Source: Desulfatiglandales bacterium (GTDB lineage Bacteria > Desulfobacterota > DSM-4660 > Desulfatiglandales > Desulfatiglandaceae). Taken from it: DNA of 64,000 nucleotides. Each line of letters opens with the position of its first letter. Position 1 is the first letter of the stretch. This document shows, one piece after another, positions 1 through 10,421 of this stretch. The stretch spans positions 640,001 through 704,000 of the forward strand of contig OY762721.1 of assembly GCA_963666345.1 (NCBI GenBank), in the 5' to 3' direction. The notes under the pieces are model-generated. The model was not told where the DNA came from. It saw nothing but the letters and a program-made list of their open reading frames with translations, and searched no databases. The position numbers and the translations under genes were made by a program.

Positions 1-1604
1 GCAAAACAAAGGGCAGAAAAGATGAAAAAAAGGCGGAAAAGGATGGCGGAAGGCTTGAACTGCCTATAAAATCCCTTGCCGTTGGGGAATTCGCCATCAA
101 AGAAGGATCAATTACCTATCTGGACAAGATAAAAGGAGAGAAAAAGGAGATCACAAATATAACCCTTGTTCTCGATGACGTATCGCTGGACAAGGCGGTA
201 AAAATTGATTTTTCCGCTCTTTTGGATGGCAAGTCTGTCTCGGTCAAGGGCAAGATCGGCCCGGTGGGAAAAGAGTTTGGGAAGGCCCCCCTTCCATTGG
301 ATATCCTGCTGAGCGCCTTTGATGAGATCGAGGTGAAGCTGAAAGGCAAGGTCCTATCACCGACCTCTACCCCCGGGGTTGAGCTTGACCTTCAGGTCGC
401 TTCTTTTTCACCCCGCAGCCTGATAAAACATTTCGGACAGGACTTTCCCTTCAAAACCAAAGACCCCGAGGCGTTAGGCAAGGTCGGCCTTAAGTGTTTC
501 CTTAAGGGCACAGCCAAAGAGATAACTGTCTTGAACGGCGAATTAGGCCTGGATGAATCAACACTGAAGTTTTCAGCCGGAGTGAAGGATTTTAAAAAAC
601 CTGATCTTGCTTTTGATCTGAACCTCGACAAGATAGATCTGGATCGTTATATGCCGCCGCCGACAGAAAAAACAGCTGAACCGGAGAAGACAAAAAAAGG
701 CAATGCAGCCTCAGGCAAAATCGATTACGGGCCTGCAAGGAAGTTATTACTGGACGGCAAAATCAGAATAGGAGAAATCAGGGTCAGCGGGGCAAAGCTG
801 GAAGACTTCAATATGCACATAAAAGGAAAAGGCGGCCTTTTCACGGTTGATCCATTTTCCCTGAAACTGTACCAGGGCGATTTGAAGGCGAAGGCGGTCT
901 CGGATCTGAGAAAGGCCGTACCGGTTAACACATTGACCTACAAGGCCAAAGGGATAAAGGCAGGGCCATTGCTGCAGGATCTTCTAAAAAAGGATTTTAT
1001 CGATGGGACGGCCCTGGCTGAGGGCTCATTGAAAATGACGGGAGACACCCCTGACAATATCAAAAAGAGCCTGAACGGCAGAGGAAAAATAACCTTCAAG
1101 GAGGGCGCGATAAAGGGAATAGACCTCGCCGGAATGGTCAGGAACGTCAAAGCGACCTTTGGTATGGCCGAAAAGGGGGCGGAAAAGCCTAAAACCGATT
1201 TTTCCGAACTTAACTCACCCTTCACGATAACCGGTGGCGTGGTAAATACAGACGACACATCTCTTAAATCACCCCTTATCAGGGTCCTTGCCAAAGGCAA
1301 GGCAAATCTGGTAAGCGAGGAACTCGATTTCCGGATTGAGCCCAAATTTGTTGCCACCCTGAAGGGCCAGGGAGATGAAAAGGCCCGATCAGGCCTGAGT
1401 GTTCCCATACTGGTATCCGGGACCTTCAATAAGCCCAAATTCCGCCCCGATCTGAAAGGGATGCTCAAAGGAGTTATGGAAGGCGGAGTACCAAAGCAGT
1501 CGGATCTAAGGCAGGTCATCCCGGGAGGCATAACAGATAAAGATGAAAAGGGCTCCGAGGGGGCAGGCGGCATTATGAAATCACTGCCCTTCGGTCAGAA
1601 GTAA
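1..1604 (+). CDS. AsmA-family protein (5'-truncated by window edge)
   Basis: The frame is open from base 3 (KTKGRKDE...) through the ORF-track start at 222. It has AsmA-like motifs (LNLDKIDLDRY, LKLYQG, G-I-GIDL, TDFSEL, GKANL..E.LD, VPILVSGTF.KP). Confidence 0.85.
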   Translation, partial: KTKGRKDEKKAEKDGGRLELPIKSLAVGEFAIKEGSITYLDKIKGEKKEITNITLVLDDVSLDKAVKIDFSALLDGKSVSVKGKIGPVGKEFGKAPLPLDILLSAFDEIEVKLKGKVLSPTSTPGVELDLQVASFSPRSLIKHFGQDFPFKTKDPEALGKVGLKCFLKGTAKEITVLNGELGLDESTLKFSAGVKDFKKPDLAFDLNLDKIDLDRYMPPPTEKTAEPEKTKKGNAASGKIDYGPARKLLLDGKIRIGEIRVSGAKLEDFNMHIKGKGGLFTVDPFSLKLYQGDLKAKAVSDLRKAVPVNTLTYKAKGIKAGPLLQDLLKKDFIDGTALAEGSLKMTGDTPDNIKKSLNGRGKITFKEGAIKGIDLAGMVRNVKATFGMAEKGAEKPKTDFSELNSPFTITGGVVNTDDTSLKSPLIRVLAKGKANLVSEELDFRIEPKFVATLKGQGDEKARSGLSVPILVSGTFNKPKFRPDLKGMLKGVMEGGVPKQSDLRQVIPGGITDKDEKGSEGAGGIMKSLPFGQK

Positions 1605-1667
1605 GCCGCCGGACAGGCAATAGAGGCACATTTTTCTTGGAATTTTCAAACTCCAAAGGAGCGTCTA

Positions 1668-2183
1668 ATGACTAAAGACAAGGGCCTTATTCATGCCTTA
1701 TTTTTTCTGATTTCCATTCTGTTTTTCCCTGGAACGGCCCTCCCGCTGATGTACAGCAATCAGGTTGAATCTCTCAGAGACTTGAACGGCATATACGTAC
1801 TGGCTGAGGGGATAGAGAGGGAAGTCGAAAAAAATGGGCTCTCAAATCACATTCTGGCGAGGGAAGTGGGCAAAAGGCTTAAGGCACGGGGGGTAAAGGT
1901 CCTTTCAAGGGAGAAATGGCTTGATACCAGTGGCAGCCCCTACCTTTATCTGAACGCAAACATACTAAAACTCAAGGAAAGCGGTGAATATATTTATTCC
2001 ATAAACATTTCATTCAAGCAAAATGTTTATACCGCCAGGGCCCCTGTAGAGATAATAGGAGCCGCCACATGGACCACCGGGGGTATAGTGGGAATAACCT
2101 CCAGGCTTGAGAACATACATCGGCTGGTTCTGGAAAAGGCGGAAGAATTCATTGATGCATATCTACTGGTAAATCCCGGATGA
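1668..2183 (+). CDS. Hypothetical exported protein, 171 aa
   Basis: AAGGAG RBS; N-terminal basic-hydrophobic signal-peptide-like segment; no family recognised. Confidence 0.75.
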   Translation: MTKDKGLIHALFFLISILFFPGTALPLMYSNQVESLRDLNGIYVLAEGIEREVEKNGLSNHILAREVGKRLKARGVKVLSREKWLDTSGSPYLYLNANILKLKESGEYIYSINISFKQNVYTARAPVEIIGAATWTTGGIVGITSRLENIHRLVLEKAEEFIDAYLLVNPG

Positions 2184-2200
2184 AAGGCCTGCCGACCTGT

Positions 2201-3838
2201 TTACTCTTCGTTAAAACTCACTAGAGACTGGTCATAATCAGGCACTTTTTCATATCCCAGGAGATTCAAAAGGGTGGAGGCCACATTCGTTAGCCCGGGT
2301 CTTTTCAGCTTTCGCATGACATACTCGCCCCTGTAGGATGGGTCATAAATAGCAAAAGGGACCGGGTTGAGGGAATGAGCCGTCTTGGTCTGTTTGTGCC
2401 GTCCATCCTTTAAGGTGTACATTTCCTCTGAGTTGCCGTGATCCGCCGTTATTACCGCTATACCGCCTATCTCCTCTACCACTTCAAGAAGTTCACCGAC
2501 ACACAGATCCACCGTTTCAATAGCAGTGACAGCAGCCTTCAATACTCCCGTATGCCCCACCATGTCTCCATTAGGAAAATTCAAACGACCGAACCTGTAA
2601 TTCCCGGCCCTTAGCATCTCGATAGTCCTGTCCTTTATCTCGAAGGCCTTCATCCTGGGAGCCTTGTCAAATTCTATTCTGTCCGAGGGTATTTCCACAT
2701 ATCTTTCCAGAGAAGCATCGAGATATCCGGAACGGTTTCCGTTCCAGAAATATGTGACATGTCCGAATTTCTGGGTCTCTGATATTGCAAACGATTTTAC
2801 CCCTTCAGCACAAAGATATTCACCTATGGTCCGGTCTATGGAAGGAGGCGCCACGAGATAATTGGGAGGGATATGGGTGTCGCCGTCATATTCCATGATA
2901 CCCGCATAGATAATATCAGGAAGGGCCCCCCGCTCAAACGAATCAAAATCATCTTCAGTGAATGCACGTGAAATCTCTATGGCCCTGTCTCCCCTGAAAT
3001 TAAAACAGATAACCACATCCCCGTCTTTTATGGCACCGACAGGTTTACCATATTCGTCAACAACAACAAAGGAATCCATATATTGATCGGTCATGGAATG
3101 ATTCTCATCGTAAAAGGTCCGAATCGCCTCGTGCGCCGATCTGAACCGTCTTCCTTCCCCGTTTACGTGGGCGTCCCAACCCCTCTTCACTATCGACCAA
3201 TCCGCATTGTAGCGATCCATGGTTACCTTCATCCTGCCTCCTCCGGAGGCGATGCAGTAATCGAACCCCTTTTCTTCCGAGATACGAGAAAGCCTTTGTT
3301 CGGTTGGAATTACATAGCTCAACGCGGATTTTTCCCCCACGTCCCTTCCGTCAAGCAATGCATGAACTCGCAGGTTTTCAATCCCTGATTCGACACACCT
3401 TTCAATTATCCTGTAAAGATGATCAATGTGTGAATGCACGTTTCCATCAGAGAGCAACCCCAACAAATGGATGGCCCCCCCGGCTCTACCCCTTTTCACG
3501 ATACGGGCCCAGAGGTCGGTTTTAAATATATCTCCATTTTCAATCGCCCTGTTTACCAGCCGGGCGCCCTGATCAAAAACCCTTCCGGAACCAAGCGCGT
3601 TATGTCCTACTTCGCTGTTTCCCATATCCTTGTCTGAAGGAAGACCTACAGCGATGCCGTGCGCCTGAAGCTCACAATAAAGATCAGAGGAAAAGAGCCT
3701 GTCAAGATTAGGTGTCTTTGCCAAAAAGACGGCATTTGACCCGTCCGGTCTTCCAATCCCTACACCATCCATTATAATGAGAAGCAACGGACCCTTCCTT
3801 CCTGAAAAACCTTTCATTTTCTCAAGCCCCAAAGCCAT
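2201..3838 (-). CDS. gpmI: 2,3-bisphosphoglycerate-independent phosphoglycerate mutase
   Basis: IMDGVG, MGNSEVGH, GLLSDGNVHSH, DGRD, NFRGDRA, NGDMVGHTG and TADHGN motifs. Confidence 0.97.
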   Translation of the reverse strand: MALGLEKMKGFSGRKGPLLLIIMDGVGIGRPDGSNAVFLAKTPNLDRLFSSDLYCELQAHGIAVGLPSDKDMGNSEVGHNALGSGRVFDQGARLVNRAIENGDIFKTDLWARIVKRGRAGGAIHLLGLLSDGNVHSHIDHLYRIIERCVESGIENLRVHALLDGRDVGEKSALSYVIPTEQRLSRISEEKGFDYCIASGGGRMKVTMDRYNADWSIVKRGWDAHVNGEGRRFRSAHEAIRTFYDENHSMTDQYMDSFVVVDEYGKPVGAIKDGDVVICFNFRGDRAIEISRAFTEDDFDSFERGALPDIIYAGIMEYDGDTHIPPNYLVAPPSIDRTIGEYLCAEGVKSFAISETQKFGHVTYFWNGNRSGYLDASLERYVEIPSDRIEFDKAPRMKAFEIKDRTIEMLRAGNYRFGRLNFPNGDMVGHTGVLKAAVTAIETVDLCVGELLEVVEEIGGIAVITADHGNSEEMYTLKDGRHKQTKTAHSLNPVPFAIYDPSYRGEYVMRKLKRPGLTNVASTLLNLLGYEKVPDYDQSLVSFNEE

Positions 3839-4207
3839 CTGACATATTCCCCTCTCTGTTTTAGAACCAAACGGAATTTCAATACGTCTATTTAATGCTC
3901 CTATTTCTTACTACATGAGTATAAACAGTAATCCCGCCATGTCCAGTTCTTCCTTTGCTTTCCCTTAAGATGCTCCCGGATAAAACCATTGAAAAGCAAC
4001 CCTTTCTTAAAGTATAAATGTTATTATTTTTGGATAATCTCAAGATCAATTAAAATTCATCAGGCAAAAGAAGTGGAACACAAATGAGAATTTTTCACCT
4101 CTTTGATCCTTGGCTCCTTTTTTCTGAATTGCAGGAGCTTCATACTTATAAATCAGGCGATTTTAAGCTCATTTATATGCCTGCGCATATCTAAATTTGG
4201 AAGGAAC

Positions 4208-5923
4208 ATGAAAATGCCTCACAAGGTTGTTGTAATAGGCGCTGTTGCGCTTGGCCCGAAGGCCGCATGCAGAATAAAAAGGCTCGAACCCGACGCGGAA
4301 GTTATAATGATTGATAAAGGAGACCTCATATCTTACGGGGGTTGCGGCATACCCTACTATGTGTCCGGGGATGTCAGTGAGCCGGATCAACTCCAATCAA
4401 CAAGCTTTCATATGCTCAGGGACAGAAAATTCTTCCTTCAGGCCAAGAACATCGACGTAAAAACGAATACCGAGGCCGTTTTAATTGATCGTAAAAACAG
4501 GACCGTACTGACGAAAAATCTTGGCAGCGGTGAGAAAAACGAAATATCCTATGATCACCTCGTTATAGGAACCGGCAGTATTCCAAGGCGGCTTGATATC
4601 CCCGGATCGGACCTGGAGGGTGTCTATCATGTCTCCAGCCTGGATGATGCCATTATGATAAAAAGCGACATAGCAGGGGGCAAGGTCGAGGATGCCGTTG
4701 TCATAGGTGCGGGCGCAATAGGGCTTGAGATGGCCGAAGCGCTCTCCGACCTTTGGGGTATTGAGACATCGGTGGTGGAGATAACAGACCAGATTCTTCC
4801 AGGTATTGTATCGCCGAACATGGCCAGGATGGGGCAATGCCACATGGAGCAAAATGGCATAGCCTTTTATCTGGGGCAGAGCGTCGAGGCTATCAAAGGC
4901 AAGGGCAGGGTGACCCAGGTAGTTACCGACAAGAGCACACTCAAGGCCGATCTTGTTATAGTCGCTGTAGGAGTTATCCCGAACTCAGATCTGGCAAACA
5001 ATGCCGGCCTTGAGATATCACCTTCAGGTGCAATAGTTGTGAACAAACATCTCCAGACCTCCGATCCTTTGATTTACGCCGGTGGAGACTGCGTGGAGAT
5101 CACCAACCTCATAACCGGAAAGCCGGGCTACTGGCCTCTCGGCTCCCTTGCAAACAGGCAGGGAAGAGTAATAGGAACAAATATCTGCGGTAAAAAGGCC
5201 CAATTTGACGGAGCAGTAGGCAGTTTTACCGTAAAACTCTTTGATATCTCTATCGGTTGCGCCGGTTTGAGCCTGCAAACAGCTAAAAAGCGGGGATATG
5301 ATGCTGTAAGCGCATTTGTGGTACAGTTTGACCGTGCACATTTCTACCCTGAAAAAGAACTCTTGTACCTTGAGCTTGTAGTGGAAAAAAACAGCAGCAT
5401 GGTTCTGGGAATCCAGGGCTTTGGAGGAAAAGAAAGCGGGGTGCTGTCAAGGGTGTCCGCCGTAGCCGCCATGCTCAGATATGGGCCTACCGCCTCGGAT
5501 ATAGGCACACTCGAACTTCCCTATTCCCCGCCGTTTTCATCTGCAATGGATGTAGTAAACGCCCTCGGGAACACGGCTGAAAACATCCTTGCCGGCAGGA
5601 ACAGGGTAATAGAAATGGACGACTTCTACGAATTGTGGAAATCGAGGGGATCCGACGGCACCCTTTTTCTTGACTGCAGGGGATGGGGAAATGCCCGGCC
5701 ATTTGTCGAAAAATATCCCGAGTGCTGGAAAAGCGTGCCACAGGACGAGCTTAGGGACCGGATGGATGAAATACCGCGGGATAAGCAATTGGTTTTGATC
5801 TGCAATACCGGTGTCAGGTCCTTTGAGGCACAGATCACACTTGATAAGGAAGGGATCAAAGATACCTACAACCTTCAGGGTGGTATTGCCGCCCTTAAAA
5901 AATGGGGGCTTGACCTGCCCTAG
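4208..5923 (+). CDS. FAD-dependent CoA-disulfide/persulfide reductase-like flavoprotein with C-terminal rhodanese domain
   Basis: Redox-Cys motif SYGGCGIPYY, NAD(P)H motif GAGAIGLEMAE, YAGGD, dimerisation motif YSPPFS and rhodanese loop LICNTGVRS. Start placed at ATG 4208 (or 4214) after GGAAGGAA. Confidence 0.85.
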   Translation: MKMPHKVVVIGAVALGPKAACRIKRLEPDAEVIMIDKGDLISYGGCGIPYYVSGDVSEPDQLQSTSFHMLRDRKFFLQAKNIDVKTNTEAVLIDRKNRTVLTKNLGSGEKNEISYDHLVIGTGSIPRRLDIPGSDLEGVYHVSSLDDAIMIKSDIAGGKVEDAVVIGAGAIGLEMAEALSDLWGIETSVVEITDQILPGIVSPNMARMGQCHMEQNGIAFYLGQSVEAIKGKGRVTQVVTDKSTLKADLVIVAVGVIPNSDLANNAGLEISPSGAIVVNKHLQTSDPLIYAGGDCVEITNLITGKPGYWPLGSLANRQGRVIGTNICGKKAQFDGAVGSFTVKLFDISIGCAGLSLQTAKKRGYDAVSAFVVQFDRAHFYPEKELLYLELVVEKNSSMVLGIQGFGGKESGVLSRVSAVAAMLRYGPTASDIGTLELPYSPPFSSAMDVVNALGNTAENILAGRNRVIEMDDFYELWKSRGSDGTLFLDCRGWGNARPFVEKYPECWKSVPQDELRDRMDEIPRDKQLVLICNTGVRSFEAQITLDKEGIKDTYNLQGGIAALKKWGLDLP

Positions 5924-5951
5924 CCATCTTATTGCATATTATACGGTGATC

Positions 5952-6737
5952 ATGAAAGATTTTACACTGAGCGCATATGAGAGGTACCTGAAGGAGATAA
6001 AACGTTCCTTTTCTCTTGTCTTGAGATTCGATGAATTTCTGCAAAAACAGGTTCCTCCTCAAAGTTTTTGTATAATTCGACATGATGTCGACCGAAGGCC
6101 CGGAAACGCCCTTTTGATGGCTGAGATTGAAAAAAGATTGGCAGTCAGATCAACCTACTATTTCAGGGTCAAACATCACGCCTTTAAACCTGATATAATA
6201 CGCCGGATCTCTGAGATGGGTCACGAAGTGGGATACCATTATGAATGCCTTACAGATTCAAGGGGAGATGTCAGGGCCGCTTTGAAAGATTTCGAGATAA
6301 AGCTCCTCACATTAAGGGAGATAGCCCCGGTCAATACGATATCAATGCATGGCAGTCCCCTGAGCCGATTTGACAACAGAGATCTCTGGCGAGACGGAAA
6401 AAACCATGACCTGCTCCTGCAAAAACACTCTATCCTGGGGGAGATATACCTGGATATAGACTACTCTGAAATCGCTTATATAAGCGACACGGGACGCAAC
6501 TGGTCCCGTGAAAGATCAAACATCAGAGACCGGGTTGAATCCGGCCTGAATCCGGACTTTGCCGATGGTGAAGGACTTCTGGATTATCTCAAAGCCCGTC
6601 CCCACCCCAGGATAATCATGCTGTTTCATCCCGAACGATGGAACGAAAGGGCGCTTGATCGCGGTATATCCTATTTTTTTGACCTTGCGGTAAACTCCTG
6701 CAAGCAGCTACGAAATCTTGCACTCCACACGAAGTAA
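5952..6737 (+). CDS. Polysaccharide deacetylase-like (NodB-like) protein
   Basis: IIRHDVD, STYYFR, GHEVGYHYE, SMHG, YISDTG and LFHPERW motifs typical of deacetylase-fold proteins in glycan loci. Start at ATG 5952. Confidence 0.65.
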   Translation: MKDFTLSAYERYLKEIKRSFSLVLRFDEFLQKQVPPQSFCIIRHDVDRRPGNALLMAEIEKRLAVRSTYYFRVKHHAFKPDIIRRISEMGHEVGYHYECLTDSRGDVRAALKDFEIKLLTLREIAPVNTISMHGSPLSRFDNRDLWRDGKNHDLLLQKHSILGEIYLDIDYSEIAYISDTGRNWSRERSNIRDRVESGLNPDFADGEGLLDYLKARPHPRIIMLFHPERWNERALDRGISYFFDLAVNSCKQLRNLALHTK

Positions 6738-6752
6738 AAACAAAGAAGACAG

Positions 6753-7871
6753 ATGGATAAACATTCAATTGAATACAGGGACTTCCGGCCGGGGGATGAG
6801 AATGCTATAGACGACTTATATCACCGGATTTTCCGTAAGACCCGTGATCTTGAACAGTGGAAATGGGAATTTCTAAACACCCCTGAAGGAAAATCCATAA
6901 TACGAATAATCGAGGATGGCGGAAAGGTTATAGGCCATATTGCATTGATTCCCATGCGATTTTCATTCTTCGGCACTGATATTATCGTCGGAAAATCGGA
7001 AGATTCGAGCCTTCTAGCTGAATATAGGGGTAAAAGGCTTTTCGGCAAACTTGAGAAGAGCTGTTTTGACAGCGCCTCTGAAAAAGGTTTTTCAATCGCC
7101 TATAGTATTTCAAGAACCGCCAGAGAGGTCCATCTCAAGGCAGGGTATCATCCGCTTTCCCCGCTCAAGGGATATTTCATTTCTATTGAACACGACTTTG
7201 TGGCTGAAGAACTGTCTAAATTTTTCCATTTGAGAAAACCAGGCAAGGCGCTCCTTAAGGCGACGCTCAAAATCCTTTCAAAAAAATTTGAAAAGGAATC
7301 AAAGTCAAGAGTTGAAGGGATAAAAGATATCTCAATCGAAAAGATAGAGAGGTTTGACGACAGGGCTGATGAGCTGTTTGACAGATTCGTCGGCAGGCAT
7401 GATGTGATAACGGTAAAGCGCTCTGAATCCTATCTGAACTGGCGCTTTGTTGACAATCCCAATCATGATTATGATATATATATGGCACTGCATGAAAATG
7501 CCCCTGCAGGGTATATTATAACCACAGCGGTAAAGCGCAAAGAGGATTTCAATTGTGATCTGCTGATAGGGTTGATATCCGATTTTCTTGTGCTTGAAGA
7601 GTACAAAGAAGCCCTGCCGCTCCTTTTTGATAAGGCGGTGGAGAGCTGGCATCGCAGAAGGTGCGACTGTGTTATCAATTGGATTCAAAAGGATGGAATC
7701 CTTTCAGATTCGATGTTAAAACAGTTGAGGCGCTTCGGTTTTTTGCCGATGATGGGGAAGTTCAGCATCCCCATATCGGTTCGTCCCCTGAACGAGGATA
7801 TGTCTCTTCAAGGCATTATTGATCAAAAAAATTGGTTTATAACACTTGCCATGTCCGGGAGATGGGCGTAG
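6753..7871 (+). CDS. GNAT-family N-acyltransferase (probably two GNAT domains)
   Basis: EYRGKRLF acyl-CoA motif, WKWEF.N.P and RSESYLNWRF.DNP motifs. Confidence 0.75.
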   Translation: MDKHSIEYRDFRPGDENAIDDLYHRIFRKTRDLEQWKWEFLNTPEGKSIIRIIEDGGKVIGHIALIPMRFSFFGTDIIVGKSEDSSLLAEYRGKRLFGKLEKSCFDSASEKGFSIAYSISRTAREVHLKAGYHPLSPLKGYFISIEHDFVAEELSKFFHLRKPGKALLKATLKILSKKFEKESKSRVEGIKDISIEKIERFDDRADELFDRFVGRHDVITVKRSESYLNWRFVDNPNHDYDIYMALHENAPAGYIITTAVKRKEDFNCDLLIGLISDFLVLEEYKEALPLLFDKAVESWHRRRCDCVINWIQKDGILSDSMLKQLRRFGFLPMMGKFSIPISVRPLNEDMSLQGIIDQKNWFITLAMSGRWA

Positions 7872-7946
7872 CAGATTGCCGGGACTAACTTATACCTGAT
7901 ACTGGGTTTTCATCATTTACAGTATTTGATTTTTCACAGACAGCAG

Positions 7947-8525
7947 ATGCCGGAGATGGAAACAAGAAAAGAGAAAACCGAAAGGAACTTCGACAGAGTG
8001 AAGGGCCTGTTTTCATGGCTCAAGATATTCTATTCAAAGGCAAAAGGCATAAAGCTCATTTATCAACTTTATTATTTCGCACCGCAGAAAATCCTGCGAA
8101 TAAACGGCCGTGTGCCCTGGCCTGTTCACTTCACATCAAGAGTCCTCTACCATGAAAAAATAAGTCTGGGTAATCGCTCGGCACCTGGAATGAGTTCCAA
8201 TTGCTATATCCAGGCGAGAAATGGTATTGAAATCGGACACAATCTCAGGATGGGCCCTGGGGTGGGCCTAATAAGCTCAAACCACCATATAGACGACTAT
8301 GACATATGGCCGGAAACGGGGCCGATAAGGATCGGCGACAACGTCTGGATCGGCATGAATTCGATAGTCCTGCCGGGAATAAAAATCGGAGACAATGTTG
8401 TAATCGCCTCGGGTTCAGTGGTTAACAGCGATATCGCCTCGAATTCTATCGCAGGTGGCAACCCCTGTAAGATCATAAAAGAAAAAAGACCCTATCAAGG
8501 AAAAGACTACAGCATAATAGAATGA
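7947..8525 (+). CDS. Hexapeptide-repeat (LbH) sugar O-acyltransferase
   Basis: IRIGDNVWIGMNSIVLPGIKIGDNVVIASGSVV and GGNPCKII. Start uncertain (7947 or 7956). Confidence 0.85.
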   Translation: MPEMETRKEKTERNFDRVKGLFSWLKIFYSKAKGIKLIYQLYYFAPQKILRINGRVPWPVHFTSRVLYHEKISLGNRSAPGMSSNCYIQARNGIEIGHNLRMGPGVGLISSNHHIDDYDIWPETGPIRIGDNVWIGMNSIVLPGIKIGDNVVIASGSVVNSDIASNSIAGGNPCKIIKEKRPYQGKDYSIIE

Positions 8526-9412
8526 TTTCATGGCACAAATACTTTGTATATCTATCGCTTTTTTTCCTGGCTGTCTTTCTTTTTAAGACAGATTATCTCA
8601 AGATTCCTGCCGTAATATCACCTCAATACCTGATCCTCTCATTCCTTTTTCTTTTTTCCGGTTTTATCGGCAATGCCTTTTCCTGGCACCGACTGCTCAA
8701 GGCGTCAAAAAACCCGGTATCCATAAAAGTCTGCATCTCATCGGTGGGATTGTCCATTTTCGGCAAATATATACCTGGAAAATTCTGGCTCATAATGGGA
8801 AGGGCTGCGCACGTAGCTGAGAACTCCGCTTATTCGCTAGGCAGGGTATCGGCCCTTTCTCTAAACGCCCAGTTCATATCCCTGTGGTTTGGTCTGGTTT
8901 TGGGAACATTCGGCCTTTTCATACTGGGAGGGCTGTATCTTTGGGGATGGATCATCCTTGTCCTGTGGCTTGTACTGACAGCCGTTGTCTTTAGCAGCTT
9001 TTTTAACAATGCAGGTGAAAAATTTCTGAGTTTTATCCTCAAAAAAGAGATTGCGATCCCCAAACTGACCTTGATGGAAACCATTACCGTGGCTCCATGG
9101 TTTGCGATTTCATGGCTCTTATGGGCGGCAGGATTCTATTTTTTCGTCTGCGCCCTTTCCCTTTCAGGCATGCCGATCAGCGTCGGTCTTGGTTTCCCCT
9201 TGGCAGGCACATTGGGAATAATGGCGGTTTTTGCGCCCGGCGGACTGGGGGCGAGAGAAGGAGTTGCGGCAGCTTACCTCTGCCTGGCAGGGTTGGGTCT
9301 ACAAGAAGCGACAACCATCGCAGTAGCCTCAAGGGCATGGTTTCTCTCTGGGGAGGCCTTCATCTTCCTCCTGGGGTGGTTTTCAAAAAAGGCGCACAGA
9401 AAAATCCAATAA
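8522..9412 (+). CDS. Lysylphosphatidylglycerol-synthase-TM/UPF0104 flippase-like membrane protein
   Basis: About 8 TM segments with GKYIPGK and APGGLGAREG motifs; ATGA overlap with the upstream gene. Confidence 0.8.
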   Translation: MISWHKYFVYLSLFFLAVFLFKTDYLKIPAVISPQYLILSFLFLFSGFIGNAFSWHRLLKASKNPVSIKVCISSVGLSIFGKYIPGKFWLIMGRAAHVAENSAYSLGRVSALSLNAQFISLWFGLVLGTFGLFILGGLYLWGWIILVLWLVLTAVVFSSFFNNAGEKFLSFILKKEIAIPKLTLMETITVAPWFAISWLLWAAGFYFFVCALSLSGMPISVGLGFPLAGTLGIMAVFAPGGLGAREGVAAAYLCLAGLGLQEATTIAVASRAWFLSGEAFIFLLGWFSKKAHRKIQ

Positions 9413-9420
9413 TTGATCTG

Positions 9421-10368
9421 CTATTTTAGATTTTTGTTGTATTCCATATCAAACCACATGCTGAAAAAAAGCGTCTGAAGACCGCTTATCAATGTAAAGA
9501 CAAGGGCCATCGCATTTATGTCAGGGATATCGCCGATGGTTGCCCATATGAAAAAAAACCTTATTGCAAGAGGCATACTCAGTCCAAGAAGCAAAAAAGA
9601 GAGGACATAGAAAAATATAAGCGGGTGGAAATCCTTTATGACATATTTATAAAAAAGCCTTTTCCAGAAACCCTTGAACAAAATCCAGCTTATCGTGGGA
9701 ATTACCTTAAACAGCTTGATGCCTGACTTTTCTCCTACATTATAAACCGGCCTTATATGAACATCCCTGACACGAAAATCCTTTTCATTTAGTTTTATCA
9801 GGATATCATTCGGCATTCCATAGCGTTTGAATATCTTATCCAGATCAAGCCTTTTAAGGGCCAAAAGAGATACGGCGGTGTAGCCGCTCTGGGAATCGGC
9901 AATATGCCAGTAACCTGAAGCAATTTTTGTTAACAGGGACAGGAATGAATTACCCAGATACCTGTAATGAGGAATCATCTTCCAGGCCTCACCGTAAAAA
10001 AGGCGATTGCCCTTTGTATACTCAACCTCTCCCCTTGCAACAGGCTCAATTATAGGTACCAGATCCCTGGGATCCATCTGGGCGTCACCGGCCATTACCA
10101 CCGTGACATCCACTTCCATATCACGCGCCATTTTATAGCCCGTGACTATCGCCCCCCCGACACCTTGGTTTATCTCATGATCCAGATGCACCAGACGGCT
10201 CCGTTCGTTTGCCAATCTCTCCAGGATCTTAGAGGTCCTGTCACTGCTGGCATCATTAACGGCAATGATTTTGTCCACATAATCGGGGATCGAATCAATG
10301 GTTTTTTCAATGAGCTTTTCCTCATTGTGCGCCGGGATCACAACTGCAACTGTCTTTTCCATATACAT
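9421..10368 (-). CDS. GT2 glycosyltransferase, DPM1-like (polyprenol-phosphate glycosyltransferase) with two C-terminal TM helices
   Basis: VVIPAHNEE, VNDASSDRT, NQGVGGA, AGDAQMDP, KGNR and DSQSGY motifs; hydrophobic C-terminus. Confidence 0.9.
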   Translation of the reverse strand: MYMEKTVAVVIPAHNEEKLIEKTIDSIPDYVDKIIAVNDASSDRTSKILERLANERSRLVHLDHEINQGVGGAIVTGYKMARDMEVDVTVVMAGDAQMDPRDLVPIIEPVARGEVEYTKGNRLFYGEAWKMIPHYRYLGNSFLSLLTKIASGYWHIADSQSGYTAVSLLALKRLDLDKIFKRYGMPNDILIKLNEKDFRVRDVHIRPVYNVGEKSGIKLFKVIPTISWILFKGFWKRLFYKYVIKDFHPLIFFYVLSFLLLGLSMPLAIRFFFIWATIGDIPDINAMALVFTLISGLQTLFFSMWFDMEYNKNLK

Positions 10369-10421
10369 GACACACCGCCATTAAACTGAACGTTTACAAG
10401 ATATTTTCTCTCTTATTTGAT

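Noticed and set aside
4030..4100. Fur/PerR/Rex-like box upstream of the flavoprotein gene
   Set aside because: Only partial matches (GATAAT, TGAGAA..TTCAC) in AT-rich DNA, with no convincing palindrome.
4103..4207. ORF-track N-terminal extensions (also 5811-5951, 28767-28802, 29320-29343, 34958-34987, 37060-37089, 59993-60010)
   Set aside because: Family homology and RBS positions point to downstream starts.
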